Part shown: positions 16,688 to 25,479 of the stretch, in pieces
Numbering within the stretch: the stretch's first letter is position 1
Layout: each line of letters starts with the position of its first letter
Source of the DNA: Nitrospirota bacterium
GTDB lineage: Bacteria; Nitrospirota; Nitrospiria; JACQCE01
Assembly: GCA_016201765.1 (NCBI GenBank)
Contig: JACQCE010000012.1
Location: forward strand, 8,136 to 72,135
Length of the DNA: 64,000 bases
Reading direction: 5' to 3'
Notes under the pieces: generated by a model
Told to the model about the DNA's origin: nothing
What the model saw: the letters and a program-made list of their open reading frames with translations, nothing else
Database searches by the model: none
Position numbers and translations under genes: made by a program

Positions 16688-17344
16688 ATGAAACGGGACG
16701 GCGTCAAATATCCCAAATTTGCCAACAAGTTTTCCCGGATCGATTTTGAGGCGGAACCCTTGCCGGTGCTCTGTCTCTATCCGATTCCGGCGCCGGTTGC
16801 GCTGAACGCACTCAAGCTCTCCGTCTGCGGGCTGGATGGAAAACGCCGTTCTGTGGCCTGGACCGATCTGGCCGGCGTGCCGAGAATCACGCTGCGCCAG
16901 CCGCTGATCTGCCAGATCTTCAACTGGTCGGAAACGGTGGAATGGGAGGGCGTTCGCCTGGTGGATGTTCTCGACCATGTCGGGCTGAAGAGCCCCGCCG
17001 CGGGCTATTTCGCGTTCTACTCACGGGACGGCCACTTTTTTGAGACGCTCTCGAGCGATGAGGCGCGGGATCCACGGGTGCTGCTGGCCTACGGGTTGAA
17101 TGGTCAGCCGCTTCCCCTGCAGCATGGGGCGCCGCTCCGTCTGGTTGTCCCGTTTCTGCAGGGCTACAAAAGTGTCAAGTGGGTCAAAAAGATTCGCGCC
17201 TTTCGAGCCGATCCCATGGGCATCAAACGACTGTGCGGTCAGAGCAGCGACGCCCGACTGAGCGAGGCATGGCGGAGGAAATACGGCATCGAACCGCCGG
17301 TGGAGACAGTGGGCAACGCGGGGGGTCGGGGGGCGAAGCGATGA
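16688..17344 (+). CDS. Stand-alone molybdopterin-binding oxidoreductase domain protein (sulfite-oxidase/SUOX fold), cytoplasmic
   Basis: LICQIFNWSETVEWEGV contains a candidate Mo-ligand Cys; GAPLRLVVPFLQGYKSVKWVKKIRAF also present. No signal peptide. The stop overlaps the next gene's start (ATGA). Confidence 0.75.
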   Translation: MKRDGVKYPKFANKFSRIDFEAEPLPVLCLYPIPAPVALNALKLSVCGLDGKRRSVAWTDLAGVPRITLRQPLICQIFNWSETVEWEGVRLVDVLDHVGLKSPAAGYFAFYSRDGHFFETLSSDEARDPRVLLAYGLNGQPLPLQHGAPLRLVVPFLQGYKSVKWVKKIRAFRADPMGIKRLCGQSSDARLSEAWRRKYGIEPPVETVGNAGGRGAKR

Positions 17345-20300
17345 CCGCATCCTTGCATCTGATCGTCATTGGCAATGGGATGGCGGCCGGGGCCGTGCTT
17401 GAAGAGCTCGTCAAGCAGCCCGAGCGCCCCGCGATCACGGTCTTCGGCGCCGAGTCCCACGGCAACTACAACCGGATCCTGCTGTCGGACGTGCTCGCCT
17501 GCGCCAAAACGTTCGACGAAACCATGCTGAACCGGCGCGAGTGGTATGCGGAGCACGGGGTCGCGCTTCAGGCCGGCGTGGCCATCCGCGCCATCGATCC
17601 GGCTCAACGGGAGGTGGTGACACAGGCCGGCGACCGCCATCACTATGACCGGCTGCTTCTGGCCACGGGCAGCACGCCGTTTCTGCCGCCCATAGAGGGA
17701 CTGGGCAGGGAGGGCATCTTCTGTTTTCGCAACATTGACGACACGGAGCGGATGATCGCATGGGCGGCCCGGCACGACCAGGCGGTGGTGGTCGGGGGAG
17801 GGTTGTTGGGGCTGGAGGCGGCCCGGGGGCTGACCAACAGAGGGATGGTGGTCACAGTCGTTCATCTCATGAGCCATTTGATGGAGCAGCAGCTCGATGC
17901 GATGGCCGGGGCCATTCTCAAAGAGGAGATCGAAAAACAGGGCATCACGGCGCGACTGAACTGCACGGTGCAGGAAGTGCTCGGCGACGGGCGCGTGGAG
18001 GCGGTGCGATTGTCCGACGGGACCGTGCTTCCCGCCGACATGGTGGTGATCACGGCGGGCATCCGGCCGAACGTGCAACTGGCCAGGGAAGCGGGCCTTG
18101 CGGTGCAGCGGGGGATTCTGGTGGACGACCGGCTGCACACCAGTCAGCCGGATGTCTATGCGGTGGGCGAATGCATCGAGCACCGGGGAAAGACCTACGG
18201 CCTGGTGGCGCCGATCCTGGAACAGGCCAAGGTCGTGGCCGACGCCATTATCGGGGGGACGACGCGGAGCTATGCGGGGTCCATCACAGCCACGACATTG
18301 AAGGTGGCCGGCATTCATCTGACGTCGATGGGTGATTGTTTGGGGAAGGAGGCGGGCGCGGAAGAGCTGGTCCATCTGGATACGGGTCGGGGCATCTACA
18401 AGAAGCTCGTCATCCGGGCTGATCGGATTGTCGGGGCGATTTTTCTTGGCGATGGCGAAGGGAGCCGCGAGGCCCAGGAGTTGATGGCCAGCCGTCGGGA
18501 TATTTCAGCCGTCCGCCACAGCCTGTTGATGGGTGATGGGAATTCCGAACAGCAGCGGTCGCCCGTTGCGCTGCCGGACACCAGCCTCATTTGCAATTGC
18601 CATGCGGTGACCAAGGGGGAGATCGTCGGCGCCATCCGGGACAAACGGTGCGCGACGCGGGAACAGGTGGCCGAGTGCACACGGGCGACCACCGGCTGCG
18701 GTTCCTGTGTGCCGCTGGTGGAGCAGCTCCTGATGGCGGTGTTGGAGGGTTCCACCCCGGCGGGCCTGGCCGCATCGGCGCCGATCGCGGCCGCTCCGCC
18801 CAACAAGATCGAAATCTGGAAGAAGGAAAAAGACGGCCTGGATATGATGGAGGAGATCGACCGGTACGCCAGGGAGGGTTGGGAGGCGATCAGCGAAGCC
18901 GATGTGCAACGGCTCAAGTGGTACGGCCTCTTTTTGCGGACCCCCACGCCGGGCCGCTTCATGATCCGCGTCCGCATTCCCAACGGTATCGCGACGGCGG
19001 CGCAGTTCCGGCTCTTTGCCGACATCTCGGAGCGGTTCGGCAAGGGGTTTGCCGATCTGACCACCCGGCAACAGATTCAACTCCGGAACATGCGGATCGA
19101 GCACGTCCCGGAAATCTTCACGTTGCTGCGGTCGGTGGGGCTGACCAGTCTCCAGACCGGCATGGACAACATCCGCAATGTGATGGGCTGTCCCGTCACC
19201 GGCCTGAGTCCGACGGAGCTGATCGATACCGCGCCCATCGTCAGGCAATTGACCGATCTGTTCGTCGGCAACCGCGACTATTCCAACCTGCCCAGGAAGT
19301 TCAATGCGGCGATCACGGGCTGCCGTGAAAACTGCCTGCACGCCGAAAGTCAGGATCTTGCGCTGATTCCGGCCACGCGGGAGATCGACGGCCAGCCCGT
19401 GGCCGGTTTCAACCTCCTGGCCGGCGGCAAGATGGGCTCCGGCGGGTTTCGGGCCGCCCGTCCGCTGGATCTGTTTGTCGGCCCTGACGATGCGGCGGCG
19501 GTCTGCGCGGCGATCATTGTGATCTATCGGGATCACGGGCCGCGCGCCAGCCGGACCAAGTCGCGCCTCTCATTTTTGATCGAGGAATGGGGTGTGGCCC
19601 GCTTCCGCGCGGCTGTCGAGGAACGCGTGGGCCGGCCGCTGGCGCGGGCGGGCAATGATGCGCGGGATCCAAGGAAAAAAACCGACCATGTCGGCGCCTT
19701 TCGGCAGAAGCAACCGGGACTCAACTATGTGGGACTGCAGGTGCCGGTGGGTCGGATCACCGCCGCACAAATGGTGGAGGTGGCTCGGCTGGCCGAACAG
19801 TACGGGAGCGGCGAGATCCGGTTGACACCCGGCCAGAGTCTCATCGTTCCGAATGTGCCGGATCAGCGCCTGGGGGCGCTGGTTTCGGAACCATTGCCGT
19901 CGCGAGAACTGACGTACAACCCTTCCGAGGTGATGCGCGGGCTGGTGAGCTGCACCGGGATCGAATACTGCGGTCTGGCCGTCATCGAAACGAAACAGCG
20001 GGCGCTTCGGATCGCCCGGAAGCTGGAGCAGACGGTCGGCAAGACCAAGCCGGTGGAGATTCATTGGTCGGGCTGTCCGGCCGGCTGCGGCAATCACCTC
20101 CTCTCGGATATCGGTTTGCTGGGCAAACGGGCCAAGGCGGTGAAGCCGGACGGCTCGCAGGAGGTGGTGGATGCCGTCGATATCTTTGTCGGCGGGCGCA
20201 GCGGGCCCAACGCCAGGCCGGGTGTGAAACTCTTTGAGGATGTGCCCTGCGACCGGCTCCACGAGGTGATGGAGGGGCTGGTGCGGTACGTGGCCCGCGA

Positions 20301-20433
20301 TAAAAGCGTTGATGTCTTGAAGGGGGAGCTGATCTCGCTGCCCATGGCGGCCGGGCTGACGCCCGCTTCGCCCGAGGCGGAGCTGGGAGAGTCTCCTGCA
20401 ACTCATCAGACTATGGGGGAAGACAATGGGTAG
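17341..20433 (+). CDS. Nitrite (or sulfite) reductase fusion: NirB-type FAD/NAD(P)H reductase + BFD-like [2Fe-2S] + full NirA-type sirohaem/[4Fe-4S] module
   Basis: N-terminus LIVIGNGMAAG plus a second dinucleotide fold VVVGGGLLGLE. CNCHAVTKGE...TGCGSC BFD-like motif. NKIEIWKKEKDGL NirA-like start. SCTGIEYCGLA and WSGCPAGCGNH cluster/sirohaem cysteines. 1030 aa from ATG 17341. Confidence 0.85.
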   Translation: MTASLHLIVIGNGMAAGAVLEELVKQPERPAITVFGAESHGNYNRILLSDVLACAKTFDETMLNRREWYAEHGVALQAGVAIRAIDPAQREVVTQAGDRHHYDRLLLATGSTPFLPPIEGLGREGIFCFRNIDDTERMIAWAARHDQAVVVGGGLLGLEAARGLTNRGMVVTVVHLMSHLMEQQLDAMAGAILKEEIEKQGITARLNCTVQEVLGDGRVEAVRLSDGTVLPADMVVITAGIRPNVQLAREAGLAVQRGILVDDRLHTSQPDVYAVGECIEHRGKTYGLVAPILEQAKVVADAIIGGTTRSYAGSITATTLKVAGIHLTSMGDCLGKEAGAEELVHLDTGRGIYKKLVIRADRIVGAIFLGDGEGSREAQELMASRRDISAVRHSLLMGDGNSEQQRSPVALPDTSLICNCHAVTKGEIVGAIRDKRCATREQVAECTRATTGCGSCVPLVEQLLMAVLEGSTPAGLAASAPIAAAPPNKIEIWKKEKDGLDMMEEIDRYAREGWEAISEADVQRLKWYGLFLRTPTPGRFMIRVRIPNGIATAAQFRLFADISERFGKGFADLTTRQQIQLRNMRIEHVPEIFTLLRSVGLTSLQTGMDNIRNVMGCPVTGLSPTELIDTAPIVRQLTDLFVGNRDYSNLPRKFNAAITGCRENCLHAESQDLALIPATREIDGQPVAGFNLLAGGKMGSGGFRAARPLDLFVGPDDAAAVCAAIIVIYRDHGPRASRTKSRLSFLIEEWGVARFRAAVEERVGRPLARAGNDARDPRKKTDHVGAFRQKQPGLNYVGLQVPVGRITAAQMVEVARLAEQYGSGEIRLTPGQSLIVPNVPDQRLGALVSEPLPSRELTYNPSEVMRGLVSCTGIEYCGLAVIETKQRALRIARKLEQTVGKTKPVEIHWSGCPAGCGNHLLSDIGLLGKRAKAVKPDGSQEVVDAVDIFVGGRSGPNARPGVKLFEDVPCDRLHEVMEGLVRYVARDKSVDVLKGELISLPMAAGLTPASPEAELGESPATHQTMGEDNG

Positions 20434-21826
20434 AGGGGGGCGAGGGAGTGGAGGGTCGAGGCGGTGGGCGTGGGGGGCGCGTCTGTTCGTGATCGCGCTG
20501 TGGAGTGTGGCGGTCGTGGGGGGCATGACCGGGCGGGCCGCCGCGGGGCTGGATGTCGATCGTGTGACGATCGGCGGCGAAATCCGTGAACGGTATGAGT
20601 TCCGGAATAACGCCGATTTTAATCGGACGGTTCGGGACACGCTGAGCTTTGTGGGTTCGCGGATCCGGCTTCATCTCGGCTATGCGGTGACGTCCGACAT
20701 CGCCTTTTTCATCCAGATGGAGGATTCCCGTCTCTTCGGCTCCGAAACCTCCACGGTCTCCAACGAGAAGAACCTCGACATCCACCAGGGGTATGTGACG
20801 GTCAAAAACGTGCTCGGTCCGGTCAATCTCACGCTGGGCCGGCAGGAGCTGTTCTTCGGCGATCATCGTCTGGTCGGCAATCTCGGCTGGAGCAACATCG
20901 GACGGAGCTTTGACGGCCTGCGAATGACCTATGTGTATGTCCCCGTGCGCGTCGATCTGTGGGCCGCGGTCCCCAAACAATTCGGCACGAATGTCGGCGC
21001 CGACCCGACCTTCTCGACGTCCAACCGGGAGAGCCAGCAGTTCTACGGCCTCTACGGCGCCGTCACCGTCGATTCGCTGGTGGTCGAGCCCTACGTCCTC
21101 TATCTGCGCGATACCGGCAACGCGACGGAGGTGAACGGCGGCGGCGCGCTCGTCTCGCCGATCACGGCGCCGGCCGCCCGGGGGCAGGGTCGCGCGACCA
21201 TGGGACTGCGGTTCAACGGCAGGGCGGCCGACGAATCGATCGACTATACCGCCGAGGGCGCCTACCAGACGGGCAATATGGACGGCCGCGGTACCACGCC
21301 CAAGAGCGCCATCTCGGCCTATGCCGTGGCCCTCAAGGCGGGCTACACCGCCCCGGTTGCCGTGAAGCCGCGCCTCGGCGTCGAGTACGACCTGGCGTCG
21401 GGGGATGACAATCCGGCCGACGACCGGTTCACGACCTTTGAAAATCTGTTTCCCACCAACCACATGCACTACGGCTACATGGATTACGTGGGCTGGCGGA
21501 ATATGCAGGCGCTGCGCTTCTCGATGGGATTGAAGCCGACGGCCGCCACCGGCGTCAGTCTCGATTATCACCTCTTCTGGCTGGCCAAGGCGGGGGACAA
21601 CTGGTACGCCGCGTCGGGCCAGATCTTCAGAACCACGCCGGCGGGCAACACGCAGAAGGAACTGGGAGAGGAATTGGATCTGGTGGCCTATGTGATGGTG
21701 CTGGACAAGCTCCGGCTGGAAGCCGGCTACGGCCATTTCTTTCCCGGCCGATATGTGAAGGCGAACTTTCCGGCTGCAACGGACGCGTCCGATTTCATCT
21801 ATGTGCAGGCCGGCGTGGGATTTTAG
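20426..21826 (+). CDS. Outer-membrane beta-barrel, alginate-export (AlgE)-like porin family
   Basis: Signal peptide, GGEIRERYEF near the N-terminus, and C-terminal YVQAGVGF with terminal Phe. Overlaps the nirBA stop by 8 nt. Confidence 0.6.
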   Translation: MGRGGRGSGGSRRWAWGARLFVIALWSVAVVGGMTGRAAAGLDVDRVTIGGEIRERYEFRNNADFNRTVRDTLSFVGSRIRLHLGYAVTSDIAFFIQMEDSRLFGSETSTVSNEKNLDIHQGYVTVKNVLGPVNLTLGRQELFFGDHRLVGNLGWSNIGRSFDGLRMTYVYVPVRVDLWAAVPKQFGTNVGADPTFSTSNRESQQFYGLYGAVTVDSLVVEPYVLYLRDTGNATEVNGGGALVSPITAPAARGQGRATMGLRFNGRAADESIDYTAEGAYQTGNMDGRGTTPKSAISAYAVALKAGYTAPVAVKPRLGVEYDLASGDDNPADDRFTTFENLFPTNHMHYGYMDYVGWRNMQALRFSMGLKPTAATGVSLDYHLFWLAKAGDNWYAASGQIFRTTPAGNTQKELGEELDLVAYVMVLDKLRLEAGYGHFFPGRYVKANFPAATDASDFIYVQAGVGF

Positions 21827-21832
21827 GGGATC

Positions 21833-23125
21833 ATGATGAAGGGGGAGGAGATGCCGAAGAAGATATTGTCGAAGCCGTACACCCGCCGCGACGTGTTGAA
21901 AACCGCCGGCGCCGGCGCGTTGGGCCTGCTGTTGTCCGGACTGCCGTCGATCCGGGGCGGGCTCTTTGCCGGGACGGGCGATGCGCCGGAGGTGACGGCG
22001 CTCAAGGCGGGGTTCATTCCGCTGACCGACTGCGCGTCGGTGGTGATGGCCTCTGAGCTGGGGTTGTACAAAAAATACGGCCTGGACGTGACGGTTTCCA
22101 AGGAGGCCTCCTGGGCCTCGGTGCGGGACAAGCTGACCATCGGCGACATTCACGCCGCGCACATTCTCTACGGCATGCCCTATGCCTCCACGCTGGGGAT
22201 CACCGGCGCGGAGGGACAGAAAAAGCCGATGGTCATCCCCATGGCTCTCAACCAAAACGGCCAGGCCATCACCCTGAGCAATGAGCTGAAGGCGCGGGGG
22301 GTGAAGTCGGCCGGCGATCTGAAAAAGGTGATCGAAGGGGAACGGGGGCAGAAGAGCTACACCTTCGCCATGACCTTTCCGCCGGGCACCCATGCCATGT
22401 GGCTGCGCTACTGGCTGGCCTCGGGCGGGATCAATCCCGACACCGACATCAAGCTGATCACCATTCCTCCGCCGCAGATGGTGGCCAACATGAGGATCGG
22501 CAACATGGACGGGTTCTGCGTGGGAGAGCCGTGGAACGCGCGGGCGATCTTCGACAAGATCGGGTTCACCGCCATCACCAGCCAGCAGATCTGGAAGAAT
22601 CATCCTGAAAAGGTGCTCGGGATGACGCAGGAGTTCGCCGAGCGGCACCCCAACACCGTCAAGGCGCTGCTCATGGCGCTGCTCGAAGCCTCCCAATACA
22701 TCGACAAGATCGAGAACCGCCCCCAGGTGGCCGAGGTCATCGCCCGCAAGGAGTATGTGAACGCGCCGGTGGAGGTGGTCCTGGGGCGGCTGCAGGGCGC
22801 CTATGACTACGGCGACGGCCGCACGGCGCAGGAGCCGGACTATATGAGGTTTTATCGGGACGGCGAGGCGACCTTTCCCCGGAAATCCCACGGCCTGTGG
22901 TTTCTCACGCAGCACCGGCGCTGGGGGTTTATCAAGGAGCCGATCGATTACAAGAAGGTGGTTGATGGCGTGAACCGCACGGATCTCTACCGGGAAGCGG
23001 CGACGGCGTTGGGCGTTCCGGTGCCCAAGGACGACTACCGGAAAGAGACGTTGTTTGACGGGATCGAATTCGACCCGGCCGATCCGGAGGGGTATGTGAA
23101 AAAATTCAAGATCAGGAGGGTGTGA
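21833..23125 (+). CDS. nrtA: Nitrate/nitrite (NrtA/CmpA-type) ABC transporter substrate-binding protein with Tat signal
   Basis: RRDVLKTAGAGALGLL twin-arginine signal, about 430 aa, AGFIPLTDCA motif typical of NrtA/CmpA. Confidence 0.8.
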   Translation: MMKGEEMPKKILSKPYTRRDVLKTAGAGALGLLLSGLPSIRGGLFAGTGDAPEVTALKAGFIPLTDCASVVMASELGLYKKYGLDVTVSKEASWASVRDKLTIGDIHAAHILYGMPYASTLGITGAEGQKKPMVIPMALNQNGQAITLSNELKARGVKSAGDLKKVIEGERGQKSYTFAMTFPPGTHAMWLRYWLASGGINPDTDIKLITIPPPQMVANMRIGNMDGFCVGEPWNARAIFDKIGFTAITSQQIWKNHPEKVLGMTQEFAERHPNTVKALLMALLEASQYIDKIENRPQVAEVIARKEYVNAPVEVVLGRLQGAYDYGDGRTAQEPDYMRFYRDGEATFPRKSHGLWFLTQHRRWGFIKEPIDYKKVVDGVNRTDLYREAATALGVPVPKDDYRKETLFDGIEFDPADPEGYVKKFKIRRV

Positions 23126-24009
23126 TGGAGCGCGTGCGCGCGGAACTCCTGCTTCCGCTGAAGGAAGAGGGGCGGACGAACGCGGAAAGGCCGAAGGGGC
23201 CGCCGCTCGAGCGGATCGGGCCGCATCCGTGGGTGCAGACGCTGGATGCGCTCATCATGCCGTTGACGGGGTTCCTCGCGCTCGTCGGGCTGTGGGCGTT
23301 GCTGAGCGCCACCGTGGCGCCCTCTCTTCCCAGTCCTGCGCAGACTCTGGCCAAGAACTGGGAGCTCATCCGCCAGCCCTTTTACGATCGAGGCCCCAAC
23401 AACAAAGGCATCGGCTGGCAGTTGCTCTACAGCCTGGGGCGCGTGGGGCTGGGGTTTGCGCTGGCGGCGCTGGTCGGGATTCCGGCCGGTCTGTTGCTGG
23501 GGTTGTCATCGGGGCTCAGGAAAATGTGGGATCCGGTGGTGCAGCTGCTCCGGCCGGTTTCTCCGCTGGCCTGGCTGCCCCTGGGGCTGGCCACGTTTCA
23601 GGCGGCCAATCCCGCCGCCATTTTCACCATCTTCATCACGGCGCTCTGGCCGATTCTGCTCAATACCTCCGCGGGCGTGCAGCAGGTGCCGAAGGAATAC
23701 CTCCACGTCGGCCGCATTTTGAAACTGTCCCGGCGCAAGATGATGATCAAGATCCTCCTGCCGGCCGCCCTGCCGCATATTTTGTCGGGGCTGCGCGTCG
23801 GGTTGGGGGTGGCCTGGCTGGTCATCGTCGCCTCCGAGATGTTGACGGGAGGGGTGGGCATCGGCTTCTTCGTCTGGGACGAATGGAACAACCTCTCACT
23901 GGAGCACATCATCCTGGCGATCGTCGTGATCGGGTTGATCGGTCTGGCCCTGGATCGTCTCATGCTCTGGGCGGCCAGAACACTGAGTTATCAGCCCACG
24001 AGGGACTAA
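23122..24009 (+). CDS. nrtB: Nitrate ABC transporter permease
   Basis: Multi-TM BPD-type permease that overlaps nrtA (ATGA). Confidence 0.8.
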   Translation: MMERVRAELLLPLKEEGRTNAERPKGPPLERIGPHPWVQTLDALIMPLTGFLALVGLWALLSATVAPSLPSPAQTLAKNWELIRQPFYDRGPNNKGIGWQLLYSLGRVGLGFALAALVGIPAGLLLGLSSGLRKMWDPVVQLLRPVSPLAWLPLGLATFQAANPAAIFTIFITALWPILLNTSAGVQQVPKEYLHVGRILKLSRRKMMIKILLPAALPHILSGLRVGLGVAWLVIVASEMLTGGVGIGFFVWDEWNNLSLEHIILAIVVIGLIGLALDRLMLWAARTLSYQPTRD

Positions 24010-24012
24010 CGC

Positions 24013-24807
24013 ATGGCGGGATATCTGGACATCAGCTACATTGGCAAAACCTTCGACACGCCCCGCGGCTCTTACGCCGCGCTGCAGGAATGCACGTTGG
24101 AAATCGAGCGGGGGGAGTTCGTGTCGCTCATCGGCCATTCCGGCTGCGGCAAGAGCACGTTGCTGTCGATCGTGGCCGGCCTGACGTTGCCGACGATCGG
24201 CGGCGTCATCCTGGACGGCAAGGAGGTGGCCGAGCCCGGTCCTGACCGGGGGGTGGTCTTTCAGCAGCATGCGCTGCTGCCCTGGCTGTCGGCCTTCGAT
24301 AACGTGTTGCTGGCGGTGGCGGAGGTCTTCCCCGCGCTGGGCCGGCAGGAGCAACGGGACCGGACGATGCATTTTCTGGAGATCGTGGGACTCAAACAGG
24401 CCGCCGGAAAATATCCCGCCGAACTCTCAGGCGGGATGTGCCAGCGGGTCGGCATCGCCCGGGCGCTGGCGATGCGGCCAAAAGTCTTGCTGTTGGATGA
24501 GCCGTTCGGCGCGTTAGACGCGCTGACCCGCGGCCATTTGCAGGAAGAGGTGGTTCGCATCTGGCAGAAGTTCGGCCAGACGGTGCTGATGGTCACTCAT
24601 GACGTGGATGAAGCGATCTTCATGTCGGATCGAATTGCGCTGATGACGAACGGGCCGGGAGCGACGATCGGCGAGGTGATGCGGGTGGAGCTGCCCCGCC
24701 CGAGGAATCGGCGCGCGCTGGCCGCCCTGCCCGGATATGGCGTACTCAAGACGCGCATTCTGGAATACCTGTACGAGCGGCACGCCGTCGCCGCCTCATT
24801 ACCATGA
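24013..24807 (+). CDS. nrtD: Nitrate ABC transporter ATP-binding protein (short, NrtD-like)
   Basis: GHSGCGKST, LSGGMCQRVGIARAL and LLLDEPFGALD motifs. Confidence 0.8.
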   Translation: MAGYLDISYIGKTFDTPRGSYAALQECTLEIERGEFVSLIGHSGCGKSTLLSIVAGLTLPTIGGVILDGKEVAEPGPDRGVVFQQHALLPWLSAFDNVLLAVAEVFPALGRQEQRDRTMHFLEIVGLKQAAGKYPAELSGGMCQRVGIARALAMRPKVLLLDEPFGALDALTRGHLQEEVVRIWQKFGQTVLMVTHDVDEAIFMSDRIALMTNGPGATIGEVMRVELPRPRNRRALAALPGYGVLKTRILEYLYERHAVAASLP

Positions 24808-24846
24808 GGTGCCATGTTACGGAGCTGCACATGGGTCCATTTTCTC

Positions 24847-25479
24847 ATGGATTCCGATGAGCGCACAGTGAGTCGGTATCTCACACGCGGCACGGATCAC
24901 CCGAACCGGTATCGAATTCTCGACGTGGTGCCGGTTGTCGGCGCGCCCCCGGTTGCGCCGAGCGGAGGGATGTGCGGTCTTCGGTATGAAACGACCGTGC
25001 CGTCGTCCTCTCTCGCCCCGGGCGGCCCTGATCACCCGCTTCCAATCATGCACTTCTGGGGTGTTGCGCAGCATCTTCATTACACGGACCGGCACGCGCG
25101 CGTTGATCTGGAAACGCGGTCACGCCATGAACTGCCGCCATCGGAGCGGACCGTCGCCGTCCTGATCCCCATCCGCAAATCGGCTGCGTGGTGGGGCTTG
25201 AGCCAGGACAAGCGCCAGGAATTTTTCCTGAACAAGGCGAGACGGGAGGGCCACATTGCCATCGGATCTCGATACGTGGAGGGTATTTCCAGGCGCCTCT
25301 ATCATTGCCGCTATCTTGATCCGGCGTCGCCGTATGATTTTCTCACCTATTTTGAGTTTGACCGACTCGATGAGCCGCGATTCCGCATGCTGCTGTCGGA
25401 ATTGCGGGATGTTCGAAACAATCCCGAGTGGGTGTACGTCGAGCATGAATATGAGATTTGGATGACCAAGGTGGGCTGA
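24847..25479 (+). CDS. Chlorite-dismutase-family protein, short (clade-II, Nitrobacter NwCld-like) type
   Basis: AVLIPIRKSAAWWGLSQDKR and RRLYHCRYL...YDFLTYFEF closely resemble the recalled short-Cld signature blocks. No signal peptide. Start ambiguous (24814 or 24847). Confidence 0.65.
   Translation: MDSDERTVSRYLTRGTDHPNRYRILDVVPVVGAPPVAPSGGMCGLRYETTVPSSSLAPGGPDHPLPIMHFWGVAQHLHYTDRHARVDLETRSRHELPPSERTVAVLIPIRKSAAWWGLSQDKRQEFFLNKARREGHIAIGSRYVEGISRRLYHCRYLDPASPYDFLTYFEFDRLDEPRFRMLLSELRDVRNNPEWVYVEHEYEIWMTKVG

Noticed and set aside
20411-22915. 834-aa ORF on the minus strand, the longest alternative ORF in the window.
   Set aside because: It is entirely antisense to the porin and nrtA genes. 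Its composition is dominated by R/G/P/H/A with no motifs, which is typical of stop-codon-poor antisense frames in GC-rich DNA. The sense-strand genes have clear signal peptides and family motifs.
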